Of a stretch of 64,000 nucleotides of DNA, positions 61,276 through 64,000 are shown piece after piece. The stretch is from positions 10,292,001-10,356,000 of the forward strand of contig CM069142.1 in NCBI GenBank assembly GCA_035221665.1, read 5' to 3'. How positions within the stretch are numbered: position 1 is the stretch's first letter; each line of letters begins with the position of its first letter. A program made the translations under genes and the position numbers. A model generated the notes under the pieces. The model was not told the origin of the DNA, searched no databases, and saw nothing but the letters and a program-made list of their open reading frames with translations. The DNA comes from Okamejei kenojei (taxonomy: Eukaryota).

Positions 61276-61611
61276 ACCAGAGCATTCAGTACTTCAGTTA
61301 TAAATCTTTCCTTATATTATAATGAAGGTGAGAATCTCCCACTGTCCAGCTAAATGTGGCACGCCAGTCAATCATTTTAAATGGCAGACACGTGAGTGAT
61401 AGTGAGATGAGAATATCTTTGTGGCAGCAAATTTTTATGATTTTTATGATGAATGGAGATTTACTCTCTTATCTAATTGCATGGGGACTTACAAGGGCAA
61501 TGTCCTCGTAGGGTCTAGCGGGGAACCCGGGCTACGTGTGTTCCACAGGAACAGTGGTGATAACCAGCCTCCAGCATTGCCGTCCATATCCTGGTCGACT
61601 CCCTCATCAAC

Positions 61612-61898
61612 TCATAGCCTCAGAATTAAAGGACGTTCCTTTAGGAAGGAGATGAGGAGGAATTTCTTAAGTCAGAGGGTGGTGAATCTGTGGAATTCTT
61701 TGCCACAGAAGGCTGTGCAAGCCAAGTCAGTGGATATTTTTAAGGCAGAGATAGATATATTCTTGATTAGTGCGGGTGTCAGAGGTTATGGGGAGAAGGA
61801 AGGAGAATGGGGTTCGGAAGGGGAGATGATTGAATGGTGGCGTAGACTTGATGGGCCGAATAGCCTAGTTCCGATGCTATCACTTATGAACTTATGAC
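61612..61898 (+). mobile_element. CR1 3' end
   Basis: HSLRIKGRSFRKEMRRNFLSQRVVNLWNSLPQKAV. Confidence 0.9.
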
Positions 61899-63164
61899 TT
61901 TCCCTAATCCTCAAGCCTTTGACTATTGGTGTGGTATGGAACCGGACTAATACCAGTGATCTTTGAGAAACGAGCCCAAACAGGATATTTGGAAATTGCA
62001 TTGAACTTCAAACTGCTTCCCAGCCATGCACCCGCCCTGAAACTCATTTGGAAGTTGGCATGGATTATAATGCTAATTCTTGACTGAAATATTGAGCATT
62101 CAGTTGACAAAAACAACATATTGTTCCTTTTGCACTCAAGCAAGGCTATCCTGAAGTCAGTGTGCACAACATACAGATGTTGTCAGAATGATTTCCTTTC
62201 TTCAACAGAGGATCACAGGAAAAATCTGGTCTTTATACATTGTCCCTCCACTCGGTTACCCTGACTCAAAATGTCTCAATAATTTTATTTTCTACATTAC
62301 AATATTCCACATTTTACTGGAACGTTGTCCCCTTTGATCTCTCGTTTTCACTCCCTTACCCTTCCATATCTCTGTGTTTCCCTCTGTCTCCCCTGAATCT
62401 CAATCTGAAGGAGGGTCTTGATCCAAAACTACACCGTTCCTTCTCTCCAGAGATGCTGCCTGTCCCGCTGAGTTACTCCAACATTTTGTGTCTACCTTCA
62501 ATAATCCTTTGCCACTCTAAAAGGTTGTATAAAGTGTTTATATCACGGGTGAAAAGTGTTTGAAGACTGTGTGGGCTAGCCTCCCTCATCCATTACTGCG
62601 GGTAATTCTGCATTTCAGTAGCACCCGGTGCAGCACAACCCTTGTTGCAAGGAGGGGGTTTGTGTTTGCTGTTGCCCACCCTCATCGTGTGAATGCATTG
62701 TACCCGCTGCCAACAAACGGTCAGCTGTTCGGCCAAATCCAGGCGGATGGCTGGCCCGCTAGGACCCACGTTTCCACGGAAACGCTTCTTCGCTAGGCCG
62801 GAGACCAAAAAATGCTTTCAATATGCAGCTCTTTACAAAAGAGCCTGGTGACACTCTCAAACAAAATGGCCATTGAAAGCAGGATGTGTGGAAATGCTTG
62901 TGGAGCATCGGAAGGAGTCTGAGACACTGTCAAAGCACAGAAAACTGAGCTGAACTTTCCATTCATGCTGTTGTTCCAAATTCAGCTTGTGTATCAGCAT
63001 GCACTTCACAATGTTGTTAGGTTATGAGCTGCCATTGATTCCTTATTTATTCAGACTAAAGTTATCTCCCTATGTCTGTAATTTTGCGTGCGTTCCTATT
63101 GAATCTTCAGTGACAAGTTTTCAATAATCATGGCAAACTTCATGGACTGTGGTTGGTACACTGT

Positions 63165-63368
63165 GAAATCGACAGAAGGATGTAGGGTTGGGAGTTTATG
63201 CGTGCTACTTTCATATTTATTTTAGCTGTTTATCTTTTTTAATATTTTACCTTGTATGCATCGTTAGCTTTTAGAAATGTTTGAATGGTGCGCTGACGGG
63301 CTGACATCTTTTAAATTTCGTTGTACATGGTTCATGTTACAATGACAATAAAGAAACTATTCTATTCT
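63165..63368 (+). mobile_element. LINE (Rex1/Babar-like) 3' UTR
   Basis: Ends AATTTCGTTGTAC...AATGACAATAAAG (CTATT)n. Confidence 0.6.
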
Positions 63369-63559
63369 GAACTTTATTTCAACATTCTTATCTAAATGAG
63401 GGCCCAACAGTTCGAATATTTTGAAGTATTTGGAATGCTCAATAAGTCTTCAATGGAGAACCTGGGCGAGGAAGATGAGGATTGTTGAAAGAATAAGGAA
63501 ACTTTTACCTTGTCAAGATGCAAAATAATTATGAAAATTCGTATCAGAAGACTAGTGAA

Positions 63560-63926
63560 AGTGGCACGGTGAACAGTGTTAGAGTTGCTGCCTTGCAACG
63601 TCAGAGACCCAGGTGCCATCCTGACTATGAGTGCTGTCTCTACAAAGTTTGTAAGTTCTCCCCGTGACCTGCGGGGGTTTTCTCCGAGACCTCTGGTTTC
63701 CTCCCACACTCCAAAGACGTACAGATTCGTAAGTTAATTGTTTAAGAAGGAACTGCAGATGCTGGAAAAATGGAAAATAGACAAAAAAGGTTACTTGGTT
63801 TGGTATAAATGTAAATTGTCCCTAGTGTGTGTAGGATAGTGTTAATGTACAGGGATCGCTGGTTGGTGCGGACCCGGTGGGCTGAAGGGCCTGTTTCCGT
63901 GCTGTATCTCTAAACTAAACTAAACT
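63560..63926 (+). mobile_element. HE1-type V-SINE with a short Penelope insert (~63740-63790)
   Basis: tRNA-like head, central domain, (TAAAC)n tail. Confidence 0.88.
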
Positions 63927-64000
63927 ACCAGAGCAATCAGAGCAGGTCTGTTGTACTTCAGTTATAAATCTTTCCTTATAATGAAAGTGAGAGTCTACTA

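Noticed and set aside
40-63709. Short ORFs from the track as genes, including the recurring LKKGLDPKRHP / RDAACPAELLQHF / GSRPETSPIPS peptides
   Set aside because: They are translations of the Penelope terminal repeat, SINEs and LINE fragments in arbitrary frames.

Overview
Eukaryotic, repeat-dense vertebrate DNA with no recognisable intact protein-coding gene. The repeat set points to a cartilaginous fish, probably a skate or ray (inference): HE1-type tRNA-derived V-SINEs, CR1/HER1 LINEs, Rex1/Babar LINEs, Neptune-like Penelope elements, one L1 remnant and Harbinger-type MITEs. It reads like a large intron or gene desert, with several repeat-free, TAAT-rich islands and one plausible small coding exon (32096-32160). 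The most notable signals are RNA-structural. (1) A ~140-bp TSD-flanked retroposon (16954-17094, minus strand) has a 5' half that folds into a minimal HDV/CPEB3-like ribozyme; its L3 loop UUCACGU and J4/2 CGAA match CPEB3. (2) Dozens of minimal hammerhead motifs (CTGAAGA-A-GGGTC-TC-GACCC-GAAAC-GTC) lie in Penelope terminal repeats, as singles, back-to-back palindromes and tandem arrays. (3) Two independent copies of a hammerhead-spacer-hammerhead unit with a ~140-nt period resemble a small retrozyme. No catalytic activity can be shown from sequence alone. Repeat boundaries were read by eye and are approximate unless a TSD is given.
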